DNA of 64,000 bases from positions 19,220,001 to 19,284,000 of the forward strand of contig OZ024743.1 in NCBI GenBank assembly GCA_964016885.1, read 5' to 3'. Source of the DNA: Eledone cirrhosa (Eukaryota). Position numbers and translations under genes: made by a program. Of the stretch, positions 12,082 to 26,928 are shown piece after piece. Below the pieces are notes generated by a model. It had not been told where the DNA came from, did no database searches, and was given only the letters and a program-made list of their open reading frames with translations. How positions within the stretch are numbered: position 1 is the stretch's first letter; each line of letters begins with the position of its first letter.

Positions 12082-14550
12082 GAAACACACAGATACACGC
12101 GGACACACACATATATACATGAATGCATCCGCACCCAACTGTGAGTTAAGGGTGCCAACTTCACCGATGTTGCTCAATGAATGACTGGGACAGACCAATT
12201 CAGTTTGAACCAGACTGAACCAGTATCAGAGTTAAAAATACATTATGAAGAGAGAAGAAACATTTAGATATAATTAGTAATAAAATGTATCATACCTAAA
12301 CTGTTCCTAAATTCCTCGACTACGTAGTTTCGTGGCATAAACAAAACAATATATCAAAGATATAGACTCCTTGCGAGGTCTGCCGACTTATCAAGAGGAT
12401 ACCTGGAAAGCTTTCATTACTCATACTTCTCGCCTTCTTCACTACCTCTTCTGCGGCCTCGATATGAATACCCCCTCCGCCTCCGTGGTATTTTCTTCGT
12501 GGTTATAGGAGGCTTAGCTCTGTTTCTCGACCGTTATATCGCGTGACTATCTCCCCCTCCGCCTTTTGGGATTCTTTCTCACGTCGTGTAGACGCGTTCT
12601 TGAGACTAGTAAAATGAGGTATCCTCTTGATAAGTCGGCAGACCTCGCAAGGACTCTATATCTTTGATATATTGTTTTTGTTTATGCCACGAAACTACGT
12701 AGTCGAGGAATTTAGGAACAGTTTAGGTATGATACATTTTATTACTAATTATATCTAAATGTTTCTTCTCTCTTCATAATGTATTTTTAACTCTGATACT
12801 GGTTCAGTCTGGTTCAAACTGAATTGGTCTGTCCCAGTCATTCATTGAGCAACATCGGTGAAGTTGGCACCCTTAACTCACAGTTGGGTGCGGATGCATT
12901 CATGTATATATGTGTGTGTCCGCGTGTATCTGTGTGTTTCTAAATATATTAATAACTCCCTCTGGTCGAGCAATCTTTGAAGTGTGGGGACAACTGGAAA
13001 GCTTCCATTACTCATACTTCTCGCCTTCTTCACTACCTCTTCTGCGGCCTCGATATGAATACCCCCTCCGCCTCCGTGGTATTTTCTTCGTGGTTATAGG
13101 AGGCTTAGCTCTGTTTCTCGACCGTTATATCGCGTGACTATCTCCCCCTCCGCCTTTTGGGATTCTTTCTCACCTCGTGTAGACGCGTTCTTGAGACTAG
13201 TAAAATGAGGTATCCTCTTGATAAGTCGGCAGACCTCGCAAGGACTCTATATCTTTGATATATTGTTTTGTTTATGCCACGAAACTACGTAGTCGAGGAA
13301 TTTAGGAACAGTTTAGGTATGATACATTTTATTACTAATTATATCTAAATGTTTCTTCTCTCTTCATAATGTATGTTTAACTCTGATACTGGTTCAGTCT
13401 GGTTCAAACTGAATTGGTCTGTCCCAGTCATTCATTGAGCAACATCGGTGAAGTTGGCACCCTTAACTCACAGTTGGGTGCGGATGCATTCATGTATATA
13501 TGTGTGTGTCCGCGTGTATCTGTGTGTTTCTAAATATATTAATAACTCCCTCTGGTCGAGCAATCTTTGAAGTGTGGGGACAACTGGAAAGCTTCCATTA
13601 CTCATACTTCTCGCCTTCTTCACTACCTCTTCTGCGGCCTCGATATGAATACCCCCTCCGCCTCCGTGGTATTTTCTTCGTGGTTATAGGAGGCTTAGCT
13701 CTGTTTCTCGACCGTTATATCGCGTGACTATCTCCCCCTCCGCCTTTTGGGATTCTTTCTCACGTCGTGTAGACTCGTTCTTGAGACTAGTAAAATGAGG
13801 TATCCTCTTGATAAGTCGGCAGACCTCGCAAGGACTCTATATCTTTGATATATTGTTTTTGTTTATGCCACGAAACTACGTAGTCGAGGAATTTAGGAAC
13901 AGTTTAGGTATGATACATTTTATTACTAATTATATCTAAATGTTTCTTCTCTCTTCATAATGTATTTTTAACTCTGATACTGGTTCAGTCTGGTTCAAAC
14001 TGAATTGGTCTGTCCCAGTCATTCATTGAGCAACATCGGTGAAGTTGGCACCCTTAACTCACAGTTGGGTGCGGATGCATTCATGTATATATGTGTGTGT
14101 CCGCGTGTATCTGTGTGTTTCTAAATATATTAATAACTCCCTCTGGTCGAGCAATCTTTGAAGTGTGGGGACAACTGGAAAGCTTCCATTACTCATACTT
14201 CTCGCCTTCTTCACTACCTCTTCTGCGGCCTCGATATGAATACCCCCTCCGCCTCCGTGGTATTTTCTTCGTGGTTATAGGAGGCTTGGCTCTGTTTCTC
14301 GACCGTTATATCGCGTGACTATCTCCCCCTCCGCCTTTTGGGATTCTTTCTCACGTCGTGTAGACGCGTTCTTGAGACTAGTAAAATGAGGTATCCTCTT
14401 GATAAGTCGGCAGACCTCGCAAGGACTCTATATCTTTGATATATTGTTTTTGTTTATGCCACGAAACTACGTAGTCGAGGAATTTAGGAACAGTTTAGGT
14501 ATGATACATTTTATTACTAATTATATCTAAATGTTTCTTCTCTCTTCATA

Positions 14551-14554
<4 letters not shown>
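12075..14554 (+). mobile_element. 590-bp tandem array (about 3.6 units) with 330-bp 5' inverted arm; HHR-containing retrozyme/pLTR-like element
   Basis: Units start at about 12403, 12994, 13584 and 14175 and are almost identical. 12075-12404 is the reverse complement of about 12617-12948. (TA)n on both sides. Confidence 0.93.
12622..12709 (+). ncRNA. Type I hammerhead ribozyme, U3:A8 core variant (copies at 13213-13299, 13803-13890, 14394-14481; minus copy 12313-12399)
   Basis: tcctc TTGATAA gt(c)ggca [insert] tgccac GAAAC tacgta GTC gagga: 5-bp stem I, stem II gtggca/tgccac, palindromic stem III ACTACGTAGT. Confidence 0.82.
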
Positions 14555-14585
<31 letters not shown>

Positions 14586-14588
<3 letters not shown>

Positions 14589-14640
14589 GAAGAAGAAGAA
14601 GAAGAAGAAGAAGAAGAAGAAGAAGAAGAAGAAGAAGAAG

Positions 14641-14670
<30 letters not shown>
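14586..14670. repeat. (GAA)n microsatellite
   Basis: Perfect trinucleotide run following (TA)n. Confidence 0.97.
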
Positions 14671-14671
<1 letters not shown>

Positions 14672-16428
14672 CATGGCCAGCTACACACATGCCGTCGCGG
14701 TCTAGTTCATCTTATTTCTCTCCCTCTTTCTGTCACTGTATCTCTCTCTCTCTTTCTTGCTCTGTATATATATATATATATATATATCCACTACTGAAAT
14801 GTGAAATATTTCCAGAATAAACTCTCATGTTCGGGTCGCATTGAATTTAGCTGTTATATAAGAATGTGACCTGGTGCCAGCTTGTCTGCTGTAATCTATA
14901 GCTTTCCAGAAGTTGTTTCTATGACAGTTAATTAATTATTGAAATAACGATATAACTTATCCAGCAATAACAAAATATTTTATGCAACAATTGGTATTGT
15001 TATTTTCTTTATTCAGGATATCATCATTGATCTAAACGAAATCAGGCTGTTATTGTTATATATCTATTAATTTCTCATATAAACGATATATCGTCTTTTT
15101 AAAAATCAAAATATATACATAGGATGTCTAGAATATATATTTTTGATCTGAGGCATTAATCTCATATAAATATTCTTTGAAAAATGGATATTGTCTAGCC
15201 TAAAAATATAGTTTTTTCTATGCATTGTTTCATCTGTTCTTATTTTTGCGTGAAAGTTTTTTTCATTTGTCCCATTTGTGACTTATACATAAGATATTTA
15301 CGAAATATCGAATTTTTGACAGGTGCTATTAATTCTTCTGTGTAATTCAATCTTGTATAATAAAGCAACCTAATTTCTATACGCTAGGGTAGTAGCAGTT
15401 ATGTTGTGCGCCTCTGTCCTCCCTATATTTCCTTAATCATCATGTTTCCTATATTTCCTTAATTATCATGCTTCCTGCAAAATATTATGTCTGATATTCA
15501 AAAATACCTCCAAATAATATACTTATACTTTTTCATAATATTTTTATCTTTAAATCTGCCACCAAATTAAAGGGCAAATATGTCTACATTGCGTTCGACT
15601 ATGCTACTTGCTGGAGTCAATTCGGTATTTGGAATTATTATCTAACATAATGGAGGAGATGCTGGCAACAATTGCTTATTATGCTTTTAACTTCCGTAAC
15701 AATTACAAAGCATGTTTCTTTAATGTGCATATAGAACATTTATCGAGCTTTTCATGTGTTTGAAAACTCTCCATTTATGATGCGAAAATTGATTATTTTC
15801 TAGAGAGGATTTTGTTGAAGAAAATTGAAGTATTTCTATTATATTTTGCATTCCACTATATGTTACTTTAACAGATTAACTGAAATATTAAAATTAGACG
15901 TTATTCTTAAGAACCTAATAAATTTCTCCGGTATCCTCTAGATTATAATACATATTTCAGATTTCTACATAGTTTTGAAACGGCTGAATTGAGGAATTAA
16001 ATTATTTCTTTTCAAGATAAACTGAGAGAATAACTAAAAGAACACACATAAATAACATGAAACATAAAAGGTCATGTCGACCATAAATCATAATAACCAA
16101 TTTGCTTAATGTAGTCCTAGTTTCCAAGATTCTAACATGCTCTGACTTCCTTTTATTTCAATTATTCTACCTCATAAACAATTACAATACATATTAATTT
16201 TTAGAAGAAGTTTCAATAATATTCCAGTGTGATAAATATAGTTTTCTTTTTAAATGTTAGATACATTGCGAAATAGCTATAAACTCTATTTAAGGCTTTG
16301 GGGATGGGAGGCAAGTATATTTATTTTGTTTTATTTAGTTCTGTATCAATACGCATTGTTTCATATATGCTGAGACGAGGGCGTACATTATATCATTAAC
16401 AGATAACATACTATCATTCATATATATA

Positions 16429-18273
16429 CAGAGGCGGTGGAGCTGGGGGCCACGGATCCATGGCCCACCCAATTATTATATTTTTCTCCACAAACTACCA
16501 AAACACATCTATTTGTATATGCTCTACAATTTATGTATGTGTTATATAGAGACAGATGGGTGAGATGGATATATATATAGAGAGGGGAGAGTTTGGCGTT
16601 AATCGATTTAGAGGGGCTGGGAGCTTACTGATAATTGATATAAAGGGGCGTGTTTGGGTGTTGTATATTAATTATAGAGCGGCGGGGGAGAGTTTAGTGC
16701 AGGTAGATATATAGAGGGGAATTAGAAGAGAGCACCTTATAAAAGATATAGAGAAAAGGATTGGAAGCGAGTTCCATGTAGTAGATATACAGAGGGGGAG
16801 AGTTTGGTGTTAATTGATATATAGAGGGGAATTGGAAGCGAATTCCGTGTAAGAGATATAGAGGGGGGTGTGTGTGGTTGGGGTAGAGAGGAGGAGAGTT
16901 CGGGGATAACGAATAGAATTAGAGGATTGATAGAGATATAGGGAGGGAGAGAGTTTGGTAGTGATGGATAGAGTGAGAGGGAAAGAGGGAGAGTTGTATG
17001 GTGGTAATTTATATAGGGCGGTAGGTTGGGAGAGAGTTTCGTGTAGTAGATGTAGAGAGGGGGAGTGTTTGGTGTTAATTGGTATAGTGAGGGGGATTGG
17101 AAGAGAGTTCTGTGTAGGAGATATGGAGAGGAGATGTTTAGTTGTGTTGGACAGAGTGAGAGGGAAAGAGAGAAAGCGTGTTGTATGGTAGATATAGAGA
17201 GTGGGATAGTTTAGTGGTAATTGATATATAGAGGGGGATTGGGAGAGTGAGTGTCGTGTAAGTAGATATGGAGAGGTAAATTTTATTGCTTGTAGATATA
17301 ATGAGTAGTTTGGGAGAGATAAATATTGCTAAATATATAGAGGGGTAATGGAGGATGTATTGCCGTAAAAGAGGTTGTAGTTTATTCTGGATGGAGAGAG
17401 AACGATTACTACAGAGTGTGATAGAGATGGCGATGGGAAGAGTTTGGATATGATTGAAATAAACGGGAAGATTGGGAGAGAGTTTTGTTTGTTAGATATA
17501 GAGAGGGGGAGAATGTTGTGGTTGTATATATTTAATGAGAGGGATAATGGGAAAGTCCTGTGTGGTAGAGAGAAGGAGAGTTTAGGGGTGATTGATATAT
17601 AGAGGGGGATCAAAAGAGAGAAGTATCGATATCTATAGAGAGGATTGAGTGTATTAGTGTTAGTTAAGAGAGTCAGTGTCATGCTAGTGAGGGGGAGAGT
17701 TTGACATTATTAGGTACAGAGATGGGGATGGGGATATTTCTGTGATAGACAAAGAGGAGGAGAGTTTGGTGTTACTCTCGGGTCCCAAAAGTCAATAACG
17801 AAGTAAAGTTTAAATATTCATTTATCATGGAAATGTGGTGAACCTTCTAACTCAGGAGTGGCACCTGGGTACTCACAGGATCATGATACAAGTCTGGTGT
17901 TCCTCTGAGTGCGCAAGTGAAACTTTAGAGTAACAAATCTCACCAATAGATATAATAAATAAATATATATTAACAGTTTTGGATCGGGAATAGAGGCTAG
18001 CTTTTCTTTTATTATATATATATATAAACAGTGGGGGTGGTACTGCAGATGGTGAATGCCACACCATCACCCAACCCAATAATTGTATTTTTCTCCCTAA
18101 ACTACCAAAACACACATCGATTTGCATATGCGCTACAATTTATGTGCATGTTATGCTTATCGCATATCGAAGATTTCTCAGCATTTTAGTGTGTAAAGAG
18201 CTAACATGATCACTACAACTAAATTCAACATATCCCCCACCACCACCATTCAGAAATGCTTCCACCTCCTCTG
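16429..18273. mobile_element. hAT-like non-autonomous TIR element with internal purine-rich degenerate minisatellite
   Basis: Left end CAGAGGCGGTGGAGC, right end GCTTCCACCTCCTCTG (imperfect TIR). 16466-16545 is repeated at 18074-18155. No clear 8-bp TSD. Confidence 0.5.
16545..17772. repeat. Degenerate GA-rich minisatellite
   Basis: Recurring GAGAGTTTGGTGTTAATTGATATATAGAGGGGGA-like units. Confidence 0.8.
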
Positions 18274-19102
18274 ATATAAGCATACATTAGAAATATTCAT
18301 AATGTGTAATTGCATATAGGTAAAACCAAAATGTTTCTTTAAATCCTATTCAAACAAAATACGGATTATTTTATTTCAAATACCATCTATATATATATAT
18401 ATATATGTTTCAAATACAATATGCATATTTTTGTTTCTTCTCGTATTTGCTTATTTTACATGTACGTAATTAAAAACAAGATATGGAAAAGCATATTGTT
18501 TTTATACTATTGTATTGACCTATTGTTCATGTTTTTTAACTTAATATATGCACGTCGGGTGTAGAGCTAACAGGTGGGGTCTTAATCATGAGGGTCCTCT
18601 ACATGCTACAGGATACTCAAAAATATAAAGACTGGTTGTAATGAGAGACGTGCTCAGCTGGTATATTGCTAAGTGGGTCCCGGTTGTTTACGTTTATATA
18701 TATATAAATACGTTTATATATATGTATATATATATATATATATCCAAAATTAAGATAAATCAAATGAATTTAATCTAAATCAAAATTATGGGTGTCATGC
18801 CTCAAAGACATGCCCCATATTACCCGCAAAATAAGCTCTAAGATTCTAACGAGTAGGTCCGAGCATTTTATATAAGGTATCTATTTTTGAAGTTCTGGTC
18901 AACTTTATTGAGTTACCTACCTAGCTATGTGTGGTTACACACTTGCAAATTTTTTTTTTTTTTCAACCGGCATAAGTCTACATTTCATAATTTACTTCTT
19001 TTATTACCGCTACATAAATTACGGTGAGAGCCACTATTCAACAGCGCTGGATGACCTCTTCAGACTAACACATAATCTAATTCATTATATATTTATATAT
19101 AA

Positions 19103-19295
19103 AGGGCGGTGGATTGGCAGTATCGGTAGAGGGTTGGACGCCATGCTTTGACGCAAAGAGTTACGGCCCTTTATGGTCTGAGTTCAAATCCCACCGGCGT
19201 TAACTTTGCCTTTCATCCTTACGGGGTCGTTGAAATAAAGTACCAGTAATGCACTGGGATAATTGCTGGCCTTGTGCCAAAAGTAGAAATAATTA
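19103..19295 (+). mobile_element. tRNA-derived octopod-type SINE
   Basis: A box TGGCAGTATCGG, B box GAGTTCAAATCC, core GCCTTTCATCCTT.CGGGGTCG, tail GGCCTTGTGCCAAAAGTAGAAA. Confidence 0.9.
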
Positions 19296-19365
19296 TATAT
19301 ATATTCTTTTTTTATTTTGGAGAAACAGGGGCTGTGTGGTTGCTGGATAAAGTGTATTTATAAAT

Positions 19366-19400
<35 letters not shown>

Positions 19401-19402
<2 letters not shown>

Positions 19403-19495
19403 CGAAAAAGGTGTGGTAAGGAACCAGGTGGACCATAACGCACCAGAGTACTCAATACTCAGGGTAAGAGAGTGGGTAATAGGTTAAACATTTCC

Positions 19496-19498
<3 letters not shown>
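19401..19498 (-). repeat. pLTR 3'-end fragment in (TA)n
   Basis: Same family as 41563-41743, 45268-45461 and 54291-54470 (GTGTGGTAAGGAACCAG.TGGACCATAACGCACCAG). Confidence 0.75.
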
Positions 19499-19566
<68 letters not shown>

Positions 19567-20147
19567 AGAGAAAGTGAGAGAGAAAGTGAGAGAGAGAGAG
19601 AGAGAGAGTTACTTCCACAACAAAATAGTGAACCATACTCGAGGCTGTGCGTCTCACCGAGCGGATTTTCAACCCAAGTTTATGGTTTATTACTTTTTCT
19701 TTAGGTTGTTTCATATGGAAGAATCGTCTTTTTACACAGAATTAAAGGGAGAAAATATGCAACCTAGCTACAATCAAGAAGTGCGTTTCATTTTTTTTCT
19801 GCATACCAACAAACTGTGTGACCTTAGATATATCCTTATCTCCTCGAATTTTATCCTCAGTAGATTTCATGCAAAATGGGTTCATGGCGCAATGGATATT
19901 TGTTCAACTTAAGAAAAATCTGCCTATGAATATGAAATACCCTAATTTCATCGGATGGCTAATGTCACATATGTGTTCGAAGCAGTTCTGTTCAAATACG
20001 AACTTAAGCTTACAACACGTGAGTCGAAATATCAGGTAGATATATAAGTATATAGGTGGGCACAAAGTCAGAAACTGAAATATTTAAACCGACAGAGACG
20101 GACAACCAGACAGAAAGCTAGAGGTGCAGTAGGTACATATATATATA

Positions 20148-21158
<1,011 letters not shown>

Positions 21159-21249
21159 AAGATAAGGAATTCAAGGTCCGTATCCCTGTCGGACAAACTC
21201 CGCACTCGTTTTTAAACACTTACATTACTTTTGTTTCATTTACACTTTA

Positions 21250-22350
21250 CAAAATGGATCTACATTTTCTGGAAGGTGAAAATAAACTCTACATTCCAGT
21301 ATAGAATAAAAGTCAACTCGGTATCATTGATCCGAGATATACATACATTTGATCTTGCCTATTTCAGTACCCAATGAATTGCCATCACATATAAGGTGGA
21401 CGAGAAAATACGTTCGTGCCTCACACTTGTAAAGTCCTTAAATTACAAACTGACCCCATCTGCCGTGCGGTTACAAGAGTTGATATTTCCGTTTATTCTG
21501 GAGATGACATCAAGTAAATTCTCTTGTATTCCAAATAAGAGAAAGATTTTCCATAGAAAAGGGTGCTGGATGCTGTCAAATGTTTAACTGAAGTCGATAA
21601 ATTGACAGCTATGAGGACTGATTAATATTGGCTTTTTCCAAGACACGACGAATGATAGAAATTTGATTAGCATATCACTTTTCGTTTGATATCATCCTGT
21701 TGCTCACGCAACTGGGAATCAAAATTGTCTCGGAAGTCACTGAAATGTGAGTTACTCCAAGCCGGTTGTCACATTCAGATAATTCTCCTTCATAGAAAAT
21801 GCAAACAATAGTGCAAATCTTCCAATAGTGAGGAACGTCTCTAATCAGCCAAACCTGATTTCAGACGTTGCGCTTGAACTTATCGACAATATTCGCTTCA
21901 ACGTTGAGTAATTCAGCACTGAATCCCTTCATAACAGGAAATTTGAAGTTACTTAATTGTGATACCGTTGTTCTCACTTCTACTGTGAATTTGCCATTAC
22001 AGGTAAGGAAAATGTTTGTCGGGCAGTCCATTTAAGCATATATTGTGTAGCCAAAGAAATTTTCTGTCCATCGCTTTAATTCATTTTCACTTTTAGGTAT
22101 GAAACAGCCACTTAGAAATTTTATTAGTATTTTTTTTTATTCCTATCAAGCAGCATTCTGCAGCAAATATTTCATGTGCATATTGGAGATCACTTGCATA
22201 TATCTGCTGACTGAGTTTACACCTACCGGGTTCATATCACTTACAATCCGCCTGTTCATTGCAATCCTGGTTATGAAGGTTATGAACAGAAAAAGTAACA
22301 ATACGCTCACTGGGTGAAAGAAACAACAGCATTGAATGGTATCGACTGAA
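21250..22350 (-). pseudogene. Degenerate RTE-like LINE reverse transcriptase
   Basis: Minus-strand manual translation: DSQLREQQ...QISIIRRVLEKA...IDFS*TFDSIQHPFLWKIFLLFGI (FIDFxKAFDS motif). Confidence 0.75.
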
Positions 22351-23901
22351 CGCCATTTTCAAAGATCCCGATCATGACCACACTGAATTAAACTGGATAA
22401 TAAGTTCTTTAGTTAGAGTTTTTAAGATTTCTGGTCGAATTTCTTCCTCTGGTTTTCTCGGCCTCTGATTTGACATAAATGTCAGAAACATGTTACACTG
22501 AATATTCTGTGTAATTGTTATTCAACGAAGAAGGCAATGTCAAAGAAAAAACCGACAGAACTAAAAATGTATGCTCACTGTGTTAGACGCAGCATCAATA
22601 TTCTCTCGTGTTTCTTTCTAATAGATGGACATTCGAAATTTTACTCAGAGACACACTCTACCTAGAAAATATGGGCTGGTTATGACCTTATTATATTTGA
22701 TCACAGGTTAGTTCTTCCACGTCTTACCTGCGTCTTAACACACACAACCTAGTTAAGTATATGTACTGTAATTTGAATAAAAGAACCCTAGTTTTAGCCT
22801 ATCTCATTTAATGGTATATTCAATAAGAAGAGAATGAAAATGTCGTGTTTATAAAAGATACGCCTTCCATCTTTCAATAAAATATTACCAGATATATCAT
22901 CCTGATATTTCCCTAGTGGATTGCTTAAAAAATAATTGCCTAAAAGGCGTTAGGCACACTTACTGAATATATGCATGCCGTGTTACTAATGATGAAATTT
23001 TCTCTTTAAATACAACATATATAAATCTCCGTAATATTATCACTTACATCTTATGTTCTATGCAATTATTACTGTTTGCAAATACATTAACACTATGGTG
23101 TTCGAATGAAGTTTGAATAAGTAGTGGCGACTCTCAGGTTTTTATAAAAATCATTTGCAACGACGTATAAAGTGATTCTACTTCGAAATATTGAAAATGC
23201 AATTAGGGTATAACACAAAGAGTGCCATCATACTCCTACATCATGTATATAATTATCGATGTCCCTTTTCATGAATGAAAAAGACGAATTATCCTCAGAA
23301 GTATTACTTTACTGATTGGGGGAATTTGATAGAGATTGTGAAAAGCAATAGCGTAATTTATGTTTAAATAATGCAACGCATATGTTTATATAGTTGTGCG
23401 CGCTTGCGTTGGTGTATATGAGTGTATATGGATGTGTGTGTATTTTTCCTACATATTGAATATGATTTTAACTCATAAATTTGTCTCTGAATACTTAATT
23501 TCTAATTTGTTAATCCCAACTGAAATACTTGGAATGAGGATAGGTTTAGTAATACGTATAACAACAATCCATCGAATATACGAAAGTAAGCTAAATTACA
23601 ACACAAATATTAGTTCAAAACATTGCCTTTACAGATTGCATTGCCATGTACATTATTAGGGTCTTCAGAGAGCTAAGTCATAAGCTTCAGTGCTTTATGT
23701 TCAGTGAATACTGAGCTCCGATTTAAATATGCATCAACATTAACAAATATTAAATATCTTAAAGCACATTATCGATTTAAGCAAGCATATACGCATATCA
23801 AGTAATTAAATAAGTATTTCCAAATGTAATAACACACACATACATACACACACACATGCACACTCACACACACACACATAGTCACACACACATACCCCCC
23901 C

Positions 23902-23982
<81 letters not shown>

Positions 23983-24389
23983 TCTAGAGAGAACCAGTTT
24001 GAAACTAGTTAGATAATTACTCAAATAAGGTAAATTAAGTGTTAGCTTAGTTACCAATAAAAAGGAAATCCAAACTAATAAATCCACTGGAAATTATAAA
24101 GACAATACCGATTAAATGACCGATTAAATGAGCCGTGATTTTGAGACTAACAAATACGTCGTCCTCTTGTTGGTAGACATATTTGATTTTTCAATCGGTG
24201 ATTGGGCACGACATTGATCAGAGTAACCTACTCCTTGTGTCACCATTGAACTAGCATACACTCATTCATTTATATATTCGATAAATATAAATCTGTCGCC
24301 TCTTAACAATTATTCTATATTAAGTTGAACATACAGATACACACGGATCCGCACATACATGTACACAATTTTTGAAACGACAAGAGCTC

Positions 24390-24985
24390 AGATGTCGTGC
24401 CCATTTTTTATAATATGTTTAGGTGGCAACAGCGCCATAAAGGAAAGTGAGAAGGTTGAGAAATACCAGGATCTGATGAGCGAAATCTGGAAACAATGGA
24501 GTATCAAAAAACGCAGAACTCGTACCGATGGTTGTTAGCACATTAGAAACAGGTAAGAAAAATGTAAGATGCATGACTTTAAAAGCTATGAAATAACATT
24601 AGGACGGGATTGTTGCAGAAAAAAGGCTAGGAACAGCAAGGATTCTACTTAGTGTGTTAGAAAGTTGAAGGAGAAATAATTGTTTCTACTTTAGGCACAA
24701 GGCCAGCAATTACCCAGTGCATTACTGGTACTTTATTTTATCGACCCCGTAAGGATGAAAGGCAAAGTCAACCGCGGCGGGATTTGAACTCAGATGGTAA
24801 AGGGACGTAACTATGCCGGAAAGCATGGCGTCCGACCCTCTACCAATACTGCCAATCCACCGCCCTATGGAGAAATAATGACCCGAAAGACATTCGGCCA
24901 TTGTCTATGGCTTGCTGTTTTGGTACAGTGCCGCTATAACATCTGCCAAAGGGAAAGTCTCAACAACAATAATAATATTAATATT
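24390..24985 (+). mobile_element. R4/Dong-like non-LTR 3' end (RLE domain, 3' UTR, AAT-rich tail), interrupted by a SINE
   Basis: KESEKVEKYQDLMSEIWKQW...VPMVVSTLETG...LQK..LGTARILLSVLES* matches the RLE C-terminus. Confidence 0.82.
24681..24866 (-). mobile_element. Octopod-type SINE, full length, 11-bp TSD
   Basis: TSD GGAGAAATAAT at 24670-24680 and 24869-24879. Confidence 0.92.
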
Positions 24986-25204
24986 GATTTCTACTATAGG
25001 CACAAGGATATCAATTTGGGGAGAGGGGTAAGTGGAATAAATCGAAGCTAGGGCATAATATTATTTTAATTTTGGTCAGGTTATGAACATAAATAAATAA
25101 TATATTATACCTGTTCTATTCTTGACTCAACAGTTTTACATTCTACTTTTCACATCTACAGATAGTGCTACACACACACATGTATATATATATATACATA
25201 TATA

Positions 25205-26360
25205 TAAGTTCAAACAATGAAATAAAAATTCAAGTCATTAGGAATATACTTCACTGCTTTACGATCGTTTCTATGTGATAATAATACACATACACATATT
25301 TCGTTATCGATCTATGTAAGGTTAGTTACAAAATATCAGATAAGGAGAATATTTACCTACTTGTATATCATCAGCTGTTGTCAAAAGCAATGAGAATGTT
25401 ATTCAATATAGTAAGTTGGGTTTAATGACCTTATTTGGAGGCTGCCGAAGAATAAACCAATCAAATGGTATTTTTCCAAATGATGCTAAGACGAAATAAA
25501 ACTCACTCTAGCTAAGGTCACGAACTTTTTAACGGAATGGTTGAAAGGTGTTAACAATAGAATTATTTATAGAGAAAGGGGATTGTATTAATGGTGGATT
25601 GCAGTTGGTGTAGTGAAATTAAAAAAAAATGTTGTATGTTGAGTTGTGTTGAATGGAATTATTTAGGTGAATATAAATAAAGAGATATGAGATATACGGA
25701 AATAACTAGAATAAATATAGATAGGAAGGATAGTATAATAAAACATTAAAATTATAATAAGATAATTAAATACAATAATATATTAATATAATATAATGTA
25801 ATAAAATAGTCAGTCACACATGAATCTATGGAAGCTAAAAAATTAAAAGGTTAAAAGATTATAGGTTCGTGACATAGAACTATAGTGAGGTGTTATCTAG
25901 AATGTTTAGTTACGTTTATAGTATTTAAATGTTTTTCGTATACGGTGATTACAAACTATAATCAGTCTTGTCGTTTATTCAATAAATCGTCTTTAGATTT
26001 AGTAATTTCCAAGATCTCACCGGAACATAATCTGCATTCTCTCCTGTTCCCAAGATATGGAGTTCTTTGTAGAATGGTATTCCACGATAGTTTGAAATTT
26101 ATTCTTTTCTTTTTATATTCATTTACTGCTTCAGATAAGGATGTGGTGTTAGGTAGCTTAGTATTATTAAAGCTACTGGAGTGTGCGTAATATAGTTTTC
26201 TTAAATGTGTTGTAGATCCTATATATACGGTACGTTGGAGTTATTAGTAGACACAGTGCAAAATTTTTGAATGCATCTTCTCTTTTCATGATATTTGGAT
26301 TACATTGAGTTCTTCATACGGATTGGGCACTACCTTATATTTTGGTAGATTTATCTACAT
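25205..26360 (-). mobile_element. 5'-truncated PLE: GIY-YIG C-terminus with CxxC, pLTR and U3:A8 hammerhead
   Basis: Minus translation: TVYIGST...WNTILQRTPYLGNRRECRLCSGEILEITKSKDDLLNKR. HHR at 25253-25391 is in the ORF sense orientation. Confidence 0.75.
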
Positions 26361-26361
26361 A

Positions 26362-26410
<49 letters not shown>

Positions 26411-26769
26411 TATATATATATAGTAAAAGATTGAACGGGAACAAAACAGAGAGGCAGTACGAACAAAGGTTTATTAGTTTCACGCTCTTGAGGAGATGAG
26501 TTCGGTGGGGCAGTTTCAAGCAGAGACGATGAGGCGGCCGGGGTTGTCGGGTTTGGGGAGTTTGGGGAGGAAGTAGATGGTGGGGGTGCGGACGATGAGG
26601 TGGGAAGCGGTGGGGGGGGGGAGGGATATATATATATATATATATATAAGAGAATTAGGATTTAGCTTAGAGCATATGTGGATACAGATGTGTATTGAAA
26701 TTTTTATATATATATATATATATATGTGTATATTTCTAACTCTCTCTCTCCATCCCTCTAGATACTCAT

Positions 26770-26925
<156 letters not shown>

Positions 26926-26928
26926 TTC

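Noticed and set aside
12910-14318. Three identical 75-aa ORFs
   Set aside because: They follow from the 590-bp tandem repeat, start in a TG-rich tract and show no recognisable domain.
12403-14554. CRISPR-like or simple satellite array
   Set aside because: Whole units repeat with no unique spacers; the context is eukaryotic with no cas genes.
19103-19200. tRNA gene
   Set aside because: The A/B boxes belong to a multi-copy SINE head; there is no complete cloverleaf.
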